From assembly GCF_964204645.1 (NCBI RefSeq), contig NC_134025.1:26206299-26270298 (forward strand): a DNA stretch of 64,000 bases. Reading direction: 5' to 3'. The notes under the pieces were generated by a model. The model did not search any database and was not told the origin of the DNA. It worked only from the letters and a program-made list of their open reading frames with translations. Made by a program: the position numbers and the translations under genes. Of the stretch, positions 1 to 12,220 are shown one piece after another. Origin of the DNA: Tubulanus polymorphus. Its lineage: Eukaryota > Animalia > Nemertea. The first letter of the stretch is position 1, and every line of letters starts with the position of its first letter.

Positions 1-1330
1 GAAGTGGTAATCATAAGATAAATACTGTACCAGCATACTGGACAAACAATGTAGATTTACATAAGTAAACTGATAATATGTAACACATCTGTAAAATATG
101 GCTATAAACTGCAGTTTTAGGGTTTGAAGTGCCTTCCTGGATAAATATAATTAATACTAGGCGATATAAAACACATGTTACCAGAGAGACTCTGAATATT
201 AATGAAAACAAAAAATTTCATGCATGAGACATTGAGGTATTTTGATGGTTTCTATTATAAACTTGTGTATTCCTGAGTATAAACAGTTGCAGTCGACTAA
301 CCAAAATACATTCAAATATGGAATTTAAGAATTTTACCATAACCCAAAAGGGTTCTACTATACCTCTATCTTAGGATTTGGTAAGAACTCACCTGCGTTA
401 CGTGAACTAGGTACCTATGGTTTAGTGTCTGTCAGTGTTACTCGACTTACGCCTAGAAACTGGTGTTTTCAGTCTAAAAAGTGTGTATGTTTTTTTTTCT
501 GGTTGGAGGTGGTATGTGGTAGTATTTACGGATGAATGAATGAGTAAGAAGGAAGAATGTTTGCCAAGAGGATTCATAAAAATAAAAACTTCTATGAACC
601 CCACCTCAGCAGTGGATGGAAGGTGCAACATTTGTACTTTGGTGCTCGGTAGTAAACGTAGTGGAAATTACACCCTGTATGAGTTTGAACAGCCTTCTGA
701 TCTGCCACTACAAGCGTTAGAGGCAACTTTTTCTTTCTCAAATTCTTCAATATTCTGATGGCAATATAGCGTAACATTTTATGACCATATCGCCTCTCTC
801 AAGTACTACACGATGTCCCGAAACTAAGATGCTCAGACTTGTATTCATATGAAAACATTAGCCAGTGATAAAATTCACTCAATGAATACATTAAAAAGGT
901 ATATTCGATTTGAGAAATTTACCTTCGATGTCCATCTTCAAAGAAATTTACAGTATGCAGCTGTTTATATGCGAGTAGCCATGTTGTTTCTACGCGATAT
1001 GAAATGTGGTGCGGTACTGAGTGAGGCATTGCAGAGCGAAACAGACAACACATTGGAAATCAATATTCATCGTCCATATTCATACGTTGTCGACTGTTGT
1101 GAAATTCCAGGCATTCCATCTGGCTTTTCCTTCGAACAATAATTTTCCATAACAAAAATATTGTTCAGCTAAAATTTTGCTTGTTGGAAATTTACACTTC
1201 AGTTAATTTAATAAGTAATTCAATCAAACAGTTCATATACAAATATTGGCCTATATTAAGTAAAGTAGTCACAAATAATAATACTATAACTAAAAGAGGC
1301 CCCTTGCCAGAGGAGCAAGCAAACAGACTT

Positions 1331-1420
1331 CACTGGTGTGAACGCTTGGTCCGTTCTAAATTGAAATGGACCAAACTTAGTCCGTTCTAATTAACATATG
1401 ACAATGTGAACGTGGCTGTA
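1331..1420. repeat. Dispersed repeat or TE remnant related to 50830-51050
   Basis: Its reverse complement shares ccaagcgttcacaccag and ttggtccatttcaatttagaac-like segments, and gtccgttc subrepeats, with the anoctamin-intron copy. Confidence 0.55.
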
Positions 1421-1670
1421 ATGGGCATGATATGATCTTGGTGTAATCCGATGATTACTCCAAGATATGATGAAAGACCTTCGTGAAAAGGACCAAAGCT
1501 TAGCGCTTGAAAAGTAAAAGGATTGTCAGAGTCCATTTCAAATAATTTACTGATAAACCCTCATCAATCAAGGCAACAATCCTCTAGAAAAGTATCTCTT
1601 ACATCAAAATATATCTAATTTTTGCTTATGAGCATGAACACATTGACACACAGTTCACTATTTTGTCATC

Positions 1671-3295
1671 TCAGATGTTTTGATACAACTGTTCGCCATT
1701 TAAGGGATCATTGGTAAAATCGGTATTTTCATAGACAGCATGTTCTTCCATAGAAAACTCTTCATTGTCTGCTTCATATCCTTCATTATCCTTTTCTAGA
1801 TATTTCCTTATATCTGCGATATTATCATAGTCGGCTTGTTTTCGTGGTGACTGCAGATTGATCGCTTCTAATCTAGGATCTATGTCTTCACTGTTTTCAT
1901 CAGCAGATACAATCTCTAATACATCGGTGGATACTACTGGTATCGTAGACTCCGGCCTCTCGACTGGAGGTTCAAATCCCGTCTTCGTCTTTGATTTCGA
2001 AGGTTTTTTATTTCTGAAAAATATATTTTCGTTCAAACTTGAATAACTTCTCATAATATCCCCTTTATAACACTAATCAAATTTTGTTTTATTTATTGTC
2101 TTACCTATTCTGCATTTCATTACGCTGATTTCTGAATCTACTTGGTGGACCAGGCTTCATCCTAGATGGCTGACTAAAAAGCATAATATAGAATGATCAG
2201 ACTCGAAGGATACCTTGGTTTCTACAATCCTGGACCCAGTTCCACAGTTGTGAGATAAGAGTTAACTCGGAGTTAAAGTTTGTTCATTTTCGATGAGTTA
2301 ACTCGGAACTGTGGAACTGGACCCTGGGGCCAGTTGCTCAAAAGTTGGTTAGAATTAACCAGTGGATAGTTGACATAGTGACAATTAAAAGGTAATTGTT
2401 ATTATGGTATCTATCCACTGGTTTATTTAACCAACTTTTGAGCAACTGGCCCCTGCAAACCTCGCCTGAATAATATTTATTAGCATGATTATATTATATT
2501 ATTTTGACATGATTTTTTTAAAGGAAATTCGATCCTGAGAAAAACCTGAGAAATTTTCCAAATCTGAATGAAGGCAAAGGTATCGACCTATTAATGGCAT
2601 GAATTGTACAAGGTTCATTCACAGAATTGATCAATTTGAGGAATATGTTTACTTACTTGCTGCATCGTTTTCTGCACAGTATTACTATCAAGATTATCAG
2701 AATTAAGATGATAACTCCTACTATCGTTGGAACAATTATTTGTATCAAATATTTCCCTTCTGGATCAAGAAAAAAAGTGTACCATTCATATATTTACTAT
2801 ACACGAAAATGGTATTATTTAAAATCAAATTAGAATTATAGCGATACATAACAGGTTTCATTTACAAGAGACACCAGCGTTTCGTAGAAGGAAAGTACTC
2901 GAACGCATTTTAGATTACATTTAAAATCGGTAATATTGGGCTGTGAAATTCTTCGAAAAATTTGACAAAAAATACAAAATAGTAAACAATTTAAAAGTTT
3001 TTAGCAATAGAATATATGAGCATTTTATTAGCAACCAGGAAACTGGACGCTTGACACTGCGAGTGCAATTACCTGTTCCAGATGATGTCGAATTTGTTGT
3101 GGAAAATGTTGTAGTTGATTCATTTGATACTTTGGTTGCGGTTGTTACCGGTGTACTAACTTCACTAGCTGTACTAGCTGTAATGTTTGTACTAGCTGTA
3201 ATGTTTGTACTACCTGTACCAGCTGTACTACCTGCACCAGCTGTACTACCTGCACTAGCTCTTGTACTACGGGTGTTTTCATCAATTCTCCCCAT
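1671..3295 (-). CDS. Predicted single-pass type III membrane protein (245 aa): Ser/Thr-rich mucin-like ectodomain, one TM helix, cytoplasmic tail with three YxN motifs; nested antisense in an ASCC3 intron
   Basis: Four GT-AG exons splice in frame: 3295-3073, 2759-2657, 2173-2105, 2013-1671 (738 nt). The ATG is in strong context (AATATGG). Sequons NIT, NIT, NES, NST; TM IIVPTIVGVIILILIILIVIL followed by CRKRC; tail has YDNI, YENT and terminal YQNI. Start codon choice is inferred. Confidence 0.8.
2233..2323. mobile_element. Short palindromic MITE, PIF/Harbinger-like (family A)
   Basis: Ends gacccagttccacagtt ... aactgtggaactggacc are inverted repeats, flanked by CTG on both sides. A related copy is at 13450-13558. 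Confidence 0.75.
2327..2452. mobile_element. Palindromic MITE, PIF/Harbinger-like (family B), abutting the family A copy
   Basis: Perfect TIR gggccagttgctcaaaagttggtta / taaccaacttttgagcaactggccc with inner accagtggatag / ctatccactggt, and a CTG target duplication. Confidence 0.85.
3163..3270. repeat. Degenerate 18-bp coding tandem repeat (STAGAG/STNITA units) in the mucin-like exon
   Basis: Repeated units such as gtactagctgtaatgttt and gtactacctgcaccagct. Confidence 0.85.
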
Positions 3296-3956
3296 ATTAG
3301 ATGGTTGACCACATGCAGTTATAACCAAATCTCCTTAAATACAAACAAATCAAGGTTTATATGTAATGACCTTTTACATTGTTCAACATACCACAATTTC
3401 AGTATGGTTTTTCTTAATATCTAGGTACTTGTATATAGTCTTATTTCGTAGGCATGTTATAGAAAAGATGATACCTCAACTTTTTTCACTTTTTCATCTA
3501 GAGTCCCTGTGTAGAAATATCATTACTATATATAGCTATCATATACTCACGTTATACACCATTAGATTAAAGAACTTCCTCTTTCAATCTTAACTTGTAA
3601 ATGTTGTGAATATAGTTTCAATCATGACCAATGAATAATTTCTCCTTCCGTGTTAGTGTCCTTTCTTTCTCGATAACGTTCACATAGGCATTAAAATAGC
3701 GAAAGTTCTTAAGATAAGGTATATCATTCGTAGCTGCTGTGTGTCACTAATTTTATTCTTAGCTCGGTGATATATATTTTGTATACTTGAATACGAACCC
3801 AAGAGATTTGTGTCATGAACAAGTTTTTCCTTTTGAGGACATTTATATATACAACATGGAAAATCCCAATATCACTGATAGTGTTTGACTGTGTTATTGT
3901 TTGCTTAGTTATTCAAAATTTTAATGACTCAGTATATTGTCCTTCTAATTTTTCAG

Positions 3957-6410
3957 CTACTACAATCTAGATTCACCAGACCATGAAACCATTAACAAAT
4001 ATCTGTCCAATTTGGTGGAAATGTCCATCAGAAACCTTGAATTTTCATATTGCATAGAAGTTGGTGAGGTAAGTATGTAGAAAAGTGTATTTAATTCAGT
4101 GGGTCCACCTTCGCAACAGGACACTTATTAACATTGTTTGATTGCGACTTTTCAGGATGAAAGAACTATCAATCCATGTACTTTGGGTCGTATTGCTTCA
4201 TACTATTACCTGCATCACAGCTCAGTTCGTGTGTTCAGAGATGAGCTCAAACCCGATTCATCAATACCAAGTCTTCTAGAGATTCTCTCGGTAACAACGA
4301 TCATTTTCCCAATTTTTAATTACCGGTACTGCTATTTATTCAATTCGCCACATTGGGAAATTCATCATCTTCCATTTCTTATTGCAGTACGCTCATGAAT
4401 ATTCAGACCTTCCTGTTAGACACAATGAGGATCAGATCAACAGGTAAAAATCTCTTGATATACACATAATTTACTCTTCTTACATTGTGCATTCAAATAT
4501 TTAGATATCGTTTCTTATATGTTTCAGCGAATTGGCGGCAAAGCTGCCATTACCAGCACCTCCGAATTCATTTGACAATTCAAATACGAAGACATTTCTA
4601 CTATTTCAAGCTCACTTCGGTCGGATTCAGTTACCTTCCACTGATTATTTAACTGACACAAAATCAGTTCTCGATCAAGCCATTCGTGTACTGCAGGTAT
4701 TTCAGTCTGTTTTAAAGATATGAATTCTGAGCAAATGCTGTATTTTTCATCAGTTAACAAGTTATGCGTTCAATTTGTTTCAAAGGCAATGTTGGATCTG
4801 ACGGCTGATCAAGGATGGCTAGTGTCAGCTATACGTATAATACACATACTACAAATGACCGTGCAGGGTCGATGGATACATGATTCCAGTCTTCTTATGC
4901 TTCCTCACATTGAACACTATCATCTATTCTGCTTCAGGTAATAAACCAACAGATGAAATGAAATCATATGTACCCGGTATACGCCATGATATTTTTGTTT
5001 TATATTCTCTAAAGAAACCCTGAGAAATATGGATTGAAGTCACCTCCTATAGAGACAATCGCCGAGTTGGTTGTTGCTTGTGGTGGTTCTATGGAACCAC
5101 TTTCCTCGATGTTACAAGGAGAACTAGCTCATCATCAAATAGAACAGGTAATAGTTTTGTTACAGACACCTGAGGATACACTTTGTTTCTTTTTGTGGGT
5201 AGGGCTTTCTGTCCTGATCAGACAAATTACTGTAAAGCAATCTTGCTTGCATCCAAGATGTGTATACATAGCTCTCAACTCACTGAAATGTTTCACTAGT
5301 TTTAAGTACCGAACATATCAATTAGTCTATCACCTGACATTTCTCATTTTTCCTTTCTAATGATTCCCCCAATATTTGAAGTTATGTTTGGAATACACGT
5401 GTAATAGTAGATCTACTAGTGGTGATTGTTTGAAAAGGGAATATTTTTTTTATATTTTATCGGTTGCATCTGACGCCCTGAATCTATCTCTGCCTTCTCC
5501 AGTCATACATGATTTTGTCACTTTCAGATTATTTGTACTATTATTTCTTATCAGACCAGATTTTTTAACCATCATTTCAGATTTTCCAAGTGATGCTTCA
5601 GATGCCTATCATTGATATGAATATTGAAGTGCAAGGTTGGTGGGAAGGACTCGATGGGCAACAAGCTAAACATGCCAACATACGACACAGAGGTACATAT
5701 ACCATACATTGAGCCAGTTCTGTTGATTGGTGTAAAAAGTATTTAAACAGGATTTATCTGTTCGTGGCGGATATTACCCTAATGAATAGATAAACAGTTC
5801 CTGGTGAATACATAATGTAGATACATGTACTGAATTTTGTAGAAGTGAATGTAATGCAGATTCGTATTTATTATTTTCAAGGTGGACGACGTCCTGATGA
5901 AGATTGGATACAAGTTCACGCTGACCAAGAATATGTGCTAAATATTCGTTTGACGAGGCTTAATAAAACAAAGGTATATTTTCAGTCATATATACATGCA
6001 AGTGTTAGGCATTGTGTTGATAAATTACTGAATGCATTACCAGTACATATATCTTTCAGAAAAGAGACAGCAAGGCCTTTGCCCCAAAATTCACGAAGGC
6101 CAAAGATGAAGGTTGGTTCTTGATTGTCGGCGATATCGAAAACCAGGAACTGATCGCCATCAAACGTATTGGATTCGTTCGCCAGTCGACAAATGTGACT
6201 TTATCAATATACAGTCCAGAGAATACCGGTCGCGTGATCTACACGGTTTATTTATTGAGTAACTGTTACCTCGGTTTAGATCAGCAGTATGACATCTGCT
6301 TCGACGTTTTACCACCGAGCATCGAGGCACAAGTCAACACGGAACTGAAAGGTGAACTAGAGGGACTAGATTTTGGAGACAATTCTTTGGATATGGATGA
6401 AATGCGATGA
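3957..6410 (+). CDS. ASCC3: Activating signal cointegrator 1 complex subunit 3 (Ski2-like helicase), last 9 exons, C-terminal Sec63 region; 5' part lies outside the window
   Basis: Approximate exons 3957-4068, 4157-4290, 4388-4443, 4528-4696, 4787-4937, 5015-5147, 5581-5692, 5882-5973, 6060-6410. Peptides YYNL..INKYLSNLVE, GRIASYYYL, LPVRHNED, DYLTDTKSVLDQAIRVLQAMLD, APKFTKAKDEGW and CYLGLDQQYD match my recollection of ASCC3. AATAAA near 6579. Confidence 0.93.
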
Positions 6411-8590
6411 TGTACAAAATACACGTAGGTGATTGGAAAATAAATATTACAAGTTTTTAGCCTATTCTTTGGTGTCTGAGGATGTTAACTTGCTATTTAC
6501 TTCTATGTCCATATAATCTGTCGATACAACTAAGTGTTGTCAGGATGATGGAATTTGCTATGTACATTGTACATGTAGTAATAAACTGTGATAAATGAAT
6601 TCCAATGTTTTATTTTAATTGATGTAGAAGTATCTTCAGTATATCCACTTCAGTTCCCTCCATAACCAGTCGTTTTTAATAAGTTCAGCTTGAATGCAAC
6701 CATATCCAGAGCTTTTTACACAATCGAATATAGATTTGTCTTAAAAGTTACCATTGACAGAAATAGGGTAATAATGTAACCTCAATCCACTGTACATAGA
6801 TGTACATATTCAAATCTCTCACAAAGCAATGACGACAAAAAAAAAAGGAAGCAACAAAATTAAACCATATTTCATTTTATTATATGTTTTTCAGCGTCAT
6901 GCAAATATATATAAAAATAGTACGAGTATAACAAATCAATTATTGAGTTATTCAGTGATGCAATAGTAGCAAACTTAGCCACAGACTACCAATAAGAAAA
7001 TAATAGATTTAAGTAAAACCATTTGAGGAACTAGTACAATGAAATTGTCTAGTTTTCAATTGATATATTAAGAATATATCTATCCACTTCCCTAGTGGCT
7101 GGCTATAAAACTACATGTTTGTGTAAAAAAACTTCCCATTACCAGTCTAGAGTTTTGTACTAAATTCTTATTTCTTTTTCAAACTACAATTACTCTCTAA
7201 TGGTTTAAGATCTAACGCTAGAGATGTGCATTAGGATGCGTACAGGGTTGCTAACAGATTGGAGCATTTAGCTAAGAATAATGAAGAGAAGATAAATTCT
7301 AAGAGTATTAAAGAATTGTCCATGTTTTTTCCTGAGAAAATATTCAATGTCAAGTAGAAACTACCACCAAAATAGAAGTCAGCAAACCCGTACGCATCAA
7401 ACTGTAAGACTCAAAATCACATATCAATATGACCTGAACGAACATGCCAACAGATGAATTTGAATAGAGATTGCATGGAATGGTGTCAGATGCAGAATGT
7501 CACATAGTTTAGTAACGCATTAATGAATCGATGACACTGGAAGGAACAATAATTTCACTGCACATTAACCAAAATTGCACAAATAAAACATATTTTACAA
7601 CAAACTGCATTCATAATATGGCACTAGCCTTCCAAAACCTCAGTAAATGGAAAATCACTCAAACAATTATTCAGGGTCTACAGACAGCAATAAAACTAAA
7701 ACCAAGATGATGTATATAATGTTGTCAATACTATACGATAGATGGCGTCATTGTATTTAATTGCTAGTCATTTATGCATAATGAGATTGACAAGTAAACG
7801 ATTGATTTTACACGGCAATCTTACATATATGGGCCAATCTACATGTACATACACTCATATTGAAATTCTATTCACATGCCCAGTTGTGTTACAATTATAA
7901 AGCCAGGTTTTACGCTTGGCTACACAGCAGAAAGAATGGAATGTGAAGGGCATTTAACTCTTGAACTTCATAGAAAATCTTTTGTGCACAAAAAGTTCGT
8001 TATCAACTAGTCCACAATTTACCGGTATTCAATTTTTCTTCTTCAATCTTATATGCATTTGAATATAAGAAAAGCAATTTGTATCCAGGTATCATCAATA
8101 CTACTTTAAAGCTTGCCTATATTACAATAACTTGTAACTGTTCCTTATCTCACAAGGTTAAATAGTAGCGTATTGATGTATACATTTAATACTGATTTTA
8201 CATTGAATGTGCATTCATATACGACATATATGGTCCAATTCCATATAATCAAAATATAAGCCCATACATACATTCTCACAAAAGCAATATGATAAAGAAA
8301 CTCTAATCACATTGCGATTGCGATCACATCTGACATACCAGTATTTAATGATTGAGATTATAGTAGATTCATGTCATTTTAAGCAGCAGTTGCTCATGTG
8401 TATCTTGATTATTATATTTCATCTCAAAAGTTTTGGAACTTGCACTGCGATCCAATAATCGTTTTCTAAGCTGAAAAGAAATTGTAAATGACAAGATGAC
8501 AAATTTTCATAAGAGGAAACAACTGGAGATTAAGCTACCCTAAAGGCCTAAAAGTTTGATATCAAACTACTCACTTGATCACCATTAGGC

Positions 8591-11500
8591 CTACTTAAGC
8601 TTCAAAAATTCTTCCAAAGTTTCATCTTCCACTGCCGTCTCAAATTGTTGATAATCCTGAAAGCAATTAATAGTTAAGGCGGATATTCCTATGATGATTG
8701 ATACTACTACCGGTATACTATACTATAACTTACGCCACAATACTGATCCCCATTCGCAATTTGAGGAGGGAGAGCCTTGGGATCACCAGCTATTTCTCTC
8801 ATTCTCGTTTTTTCATCTGTATTTGCAGAAATATCAACCTTTTCATATTGAATCTTTTTACCATCTAATATCATCTCGATTCTCTGCTGATGTTTTTTGA
8901 TCTATCATCATAAGAAATAAATGAAAATTGTGCATCAATTCTATCATTTGCTTTACCCATACTCATTATTTATATAAATTCCAACAATAAATGCATTAAT
9001 AAATTGATTATAGACGGACGCCGGGCGCCGAAGGCGCCCGGAGGACGTCCCTTTGGTAAACGCGTATATGTGGATACTACGAAGTGTCTTCTTAACCGAT
9101 TCTGACTAGCTGACAAAGTCAGAAAAAAATGACGTCACTTGACGTCCGGTTTGAAGTTCATGGGGAAATCGGAAGTAGAATTACGTCACGCTAAAATCCG
9201 GCAGCCCATTAACTAAAATAAGGCAATTTATGGATCGGGTTATTTCAGAATTTATTTATTTCATGAAATTTCGAACAAGATTGGGTCGATGAATAGTTAA
9301 ACAATGAACCGCGTTGATCGAACGAGTTCGAAAATAGCTGAAATCCCCTTAGCAACGGGAGCGAATTCGATAAACAAACCACGCGCCGGCGCCCGGTTCA
9401 GTTATCATCGCAGGTTCGAATCCCGGAGAATTACGCTCTCGCGCGCGTGCGACAGTCAACCCCAGCCGCAGCGCTGAAATATTTAATCATTTATCAAATT
9501 TAATGACCCTAAAACTGCGATGAGTCGTGTTGTCACGATTTGCTTAACATTTCAAGGCAGCGCGGGGGATCGGCGGCACGGCCGACATCGCGGTCGTCAA
9601 AAACATTAGTCTTCGCCCCTTCTTTCACCAAATAAGGAATTCGGTACCGCTGGCCACGTGCACTATTAACTTTGAGCCGTAGATTCCCGGATCTCGACAT
9701 TACCGGAGGATTAGAAACAAATAAATATTTTTCGCGAGAGAAATCAATTTTTGTATTGACATTTGAATTTTACTGCTGATAATTAATTCAATTTGACTTT
9801 CTGGCAGAAAAAAATTATGCGATCGATGCGTTTCAATGTGTCTTCCTTTACTTTTCGAATGGAGCTAATCTCTAAATTAACACCAGGTCAAATTCTTCAA
9901 TCTTGCAAACCGTCTCAGTTTCACCATAATGTCGGTGTTTTTACATTTCGGGTATTACAAAGTATGGTTTATAAACCATTGAAAAATTCCTGATACAAAT
10001 CGAAATAGTAATCTTTTTAGCAGTGGTAAACCGACCTACCCCGGGTAGCCAAAGACCATTATTTGTTTAGTTAAGAAATTGGTCAAGTTATTTTCATAGA
10101 AAATTGAATTTCATTTGATCTACAGATGCAATGAACAGGTTCATTACAATTTTCCTAATCAAAATATAAGCCAAAATTTTTAATAACCAGAAATTAATCG
10201 AACCTTAAAGTTGAAGTTTCATCTTTCTTTCCCCCACCACTTAACTAAATGGCATTAGTTTTCATTTTTCCAAGCTTAACAGTAAGAATTGATTTAATTT
10301 CTTCAATAATTTAATGCTCGGGGCCCAAATCTACAGAACAATTTCAACGTCGAAATAAAATTGATAGACTTTAAGACTTAGTAAGAGTTTCTTTCCAGTT
10401 TCATTGACAACAATTAATTTTCTCGGTGTTTTAGTCACTGACATTATTTTGTATGGAAGACCTCAGACGACATACGAGATATGAGATATAACATACGAGA
10501 TATGAGATGCAACATACGAGATACGACATATGACATACGAGGTACGACTTATTTACAGTACGGGTGTCCGTCCGCTAGCGCCACCGCAGTGTATGTTTTT
10601 TCAATATTTACTGCATATAAATCGTTTAACATGGTGACGCGTACAGTCATCGTCAATTATATGAAAACCAACATAGTCAACATTTTATTCAAACCAGAAA
10701 TAGATTTCTTTTGGATAATGGACACCTGGACCGGACACAACGATTAGGCCATACTGTGAACACCCTGGACTAGGCGCGCCGGCCGTTCCTCTCCCGCGGG
10801 CGACGAAAGGTTTTTCAAATCACAAAACTAAAAAGATATCAAACTGTTCAAGTTCATAATATTATGCTATTTCTTGTCTTCCTTTGGTCTGAAAACGGCC
10901 TGGTGTTCAGGAGCCGGGGTTCCGGTTACTCACTGCCTGCAGAAAAAATAACTACTGTTCACCGCCCGCCGTAACCGCCGGCTTTTCTGCATCAGAAATC
11001 AAAATTCTAAATCCGCAGCCGGAAATCCCGGCTCCCTTGTACCCCTCCTCAGCTGTTTGACACCCCTGCCTGAGTTCTTGAATCCCAAACAACCAGGGAA
11101 CCCGTATATCGCCCTGGTATCCAGATTAAGAACTCCCGTGCACTCTCTCAAGGTGTGAAATCCCCAGCTAAATTCCATCCCTATCGAGCTACCGGGGCAG
11201 ACTGGTGAGTCCACTAGACCAGCCGTTGAGAGTCGAGACTGGCCAGTTTTCGCTAACCGTCAGGGCAGTATGCGGCACTGTCTTTCTGAAGCCATAGTCT
11301 GGGGTCCTCCCCTGAAAATTTGTTCAATTTAGGTACTTGTGTATTCTGAGGGCTTTTTGGCTATCTTTTTTTCTGACATCTTTCATGAAAAGGGCCAATG
11401 GCTGAATCTGTTACATATTATAGGCTATACCAAAGCTTTTGACGAAAGACCAACGATATGATAGGGTCAAATTATACTGATAATAAACATTGTTATTGAA

Positions 11501-11630
11501 TTTGAATTCAACATTCTTGACTGTGTTGGGACCTCAATTCATACAATCAAACTGAGATATTGCGATAACCAAACCATTAACTTACTTCTTGATTTGACGA
11601 GACGGTCGAAAAATACAAAACAATGCCCAT
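8591..11630 (-). CDS. SH3BGRL3: SH3 domain-binding glutamic acid-rich-like protein 3 (92 aa, thioredoxin/glutaredoxin-like fold, no CxxC)
   Basis: Exons 11630-11586 (MGIVLYFSTVSSNQE), 8901-8734 (IKKHQQRIEMILDGKKIQYEKVDISANTDEKTRMREIAGDPKALPPQIANGDQYCG) and 8656-8591 (DYQQFETAVEDETLEEFLKLK*), all phase-0 GT-AG. Matches the recalled family motif PPQIxNGDQYCGDY...TLxEFLKL. Confidence 0.92.
9011..10600. mobile_element. Non-autonomous Helentron/HINE (DINE-1)-like element in SH3BGRL3 intron 1
   Basis: Abrupt GC rise at 9011; subterminal inverted repeat gacggacgcc (9013-9022) / ggtgtccgtc (10563-10572); perfect hairpin ccgggcgcc-gaa-ggcgcccgg (9021-9041); catacgaga-type tandem array 10468-10548; T-run at the right end; no TSD seen. 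Confidence 0.6.
10468..10548. repeat. Degenerate minisatellite (acatacgagatatgagat...)
   Basis: Visible ~21-bp repeats with catacga subunits. Confidence 0.8.
10908..11039. mobile_element. GC-rich palindromic MITE-like element
   Basis: ggagccggggttccgg at the left pairs with ccggaaatcccggctcc at the right; inner tgcagaaaa / ttttctgca. Confidence 0.55.
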
Positions 11631-12054
11631 CTTGCGTTAGTTGAATGATGTAGGCCTAGTACCACAATAAACCCAAATGGTAACTTGAGTCTTGACAGTC
11701 AGTGGTGACTCCAGATTTATTCAAAGGCAGCACGGACAGCCTGTATATGAATTCAAATTCAGTTTATTGATACAATTTATATTTTAACGTATGGCACGCA
11801 ATATTATCGTGTTGAGTTGAGCGTCAACAACTGTCAACGGGCCCAGTGTAACGTGCAGTGTCGTATTGGTTTTGCCGTTGATATAATCGCATAAATAAAA
11901 GCCTCCTCGAGACCAGTTGGTGGGCTTGGTTGGGGGTGAAAGAACGAATAAAACAGGAGTATCATAAAAAGCCCCCGGAACTCTTAAATCGATTTAATTT
12001 CTTTCAGTTTATCTTACGATTTAGGGGGCCTCAATCCAGGCAACCTCACGCACA

Positions 12055-12220
12055 GGGGCTCGTATCAGAGTTGTAGGTAATGTAAAAACGATGATAATCT
12101 GTTAATCAAATGTATATAGTAGTTATTTTATATATACTATTACTATAGACATTCAGGATTAACTAATAATATTAGATTATCGGCGTTGGCATTACCTACT
12201 ACAACTCTGATACGAGCCCC
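12055..12220. mobile_element. MITE with a 22-bp perfect terminal inverted repeat
   Basis: ggggctcgtatcagagttgtag ... ctacaactctgatacgagcccc around an AT-rich core. Confidence 0.85.

Noticed and set aside
2943-3308. 121-aa hydrophobic Val/Leu-rich ORF on the + strand
   Set aside because: It is the antisense shadow of the Ser/Thr repeat exon on the - strand, which has proper splice sites.
9405-9430. GGTTCGAATCCC B-box/T-loop-like motif (a similar one at ~32797)
   Set aside because: No cloverleaf or A-box at the proper spacing, so not called tRNA or SINE.
10468-10548. Regular short repeats that could suggest a CRISPR array
   Set aside because: No unique spacers, eukaryotic context; it is a minisatellite.
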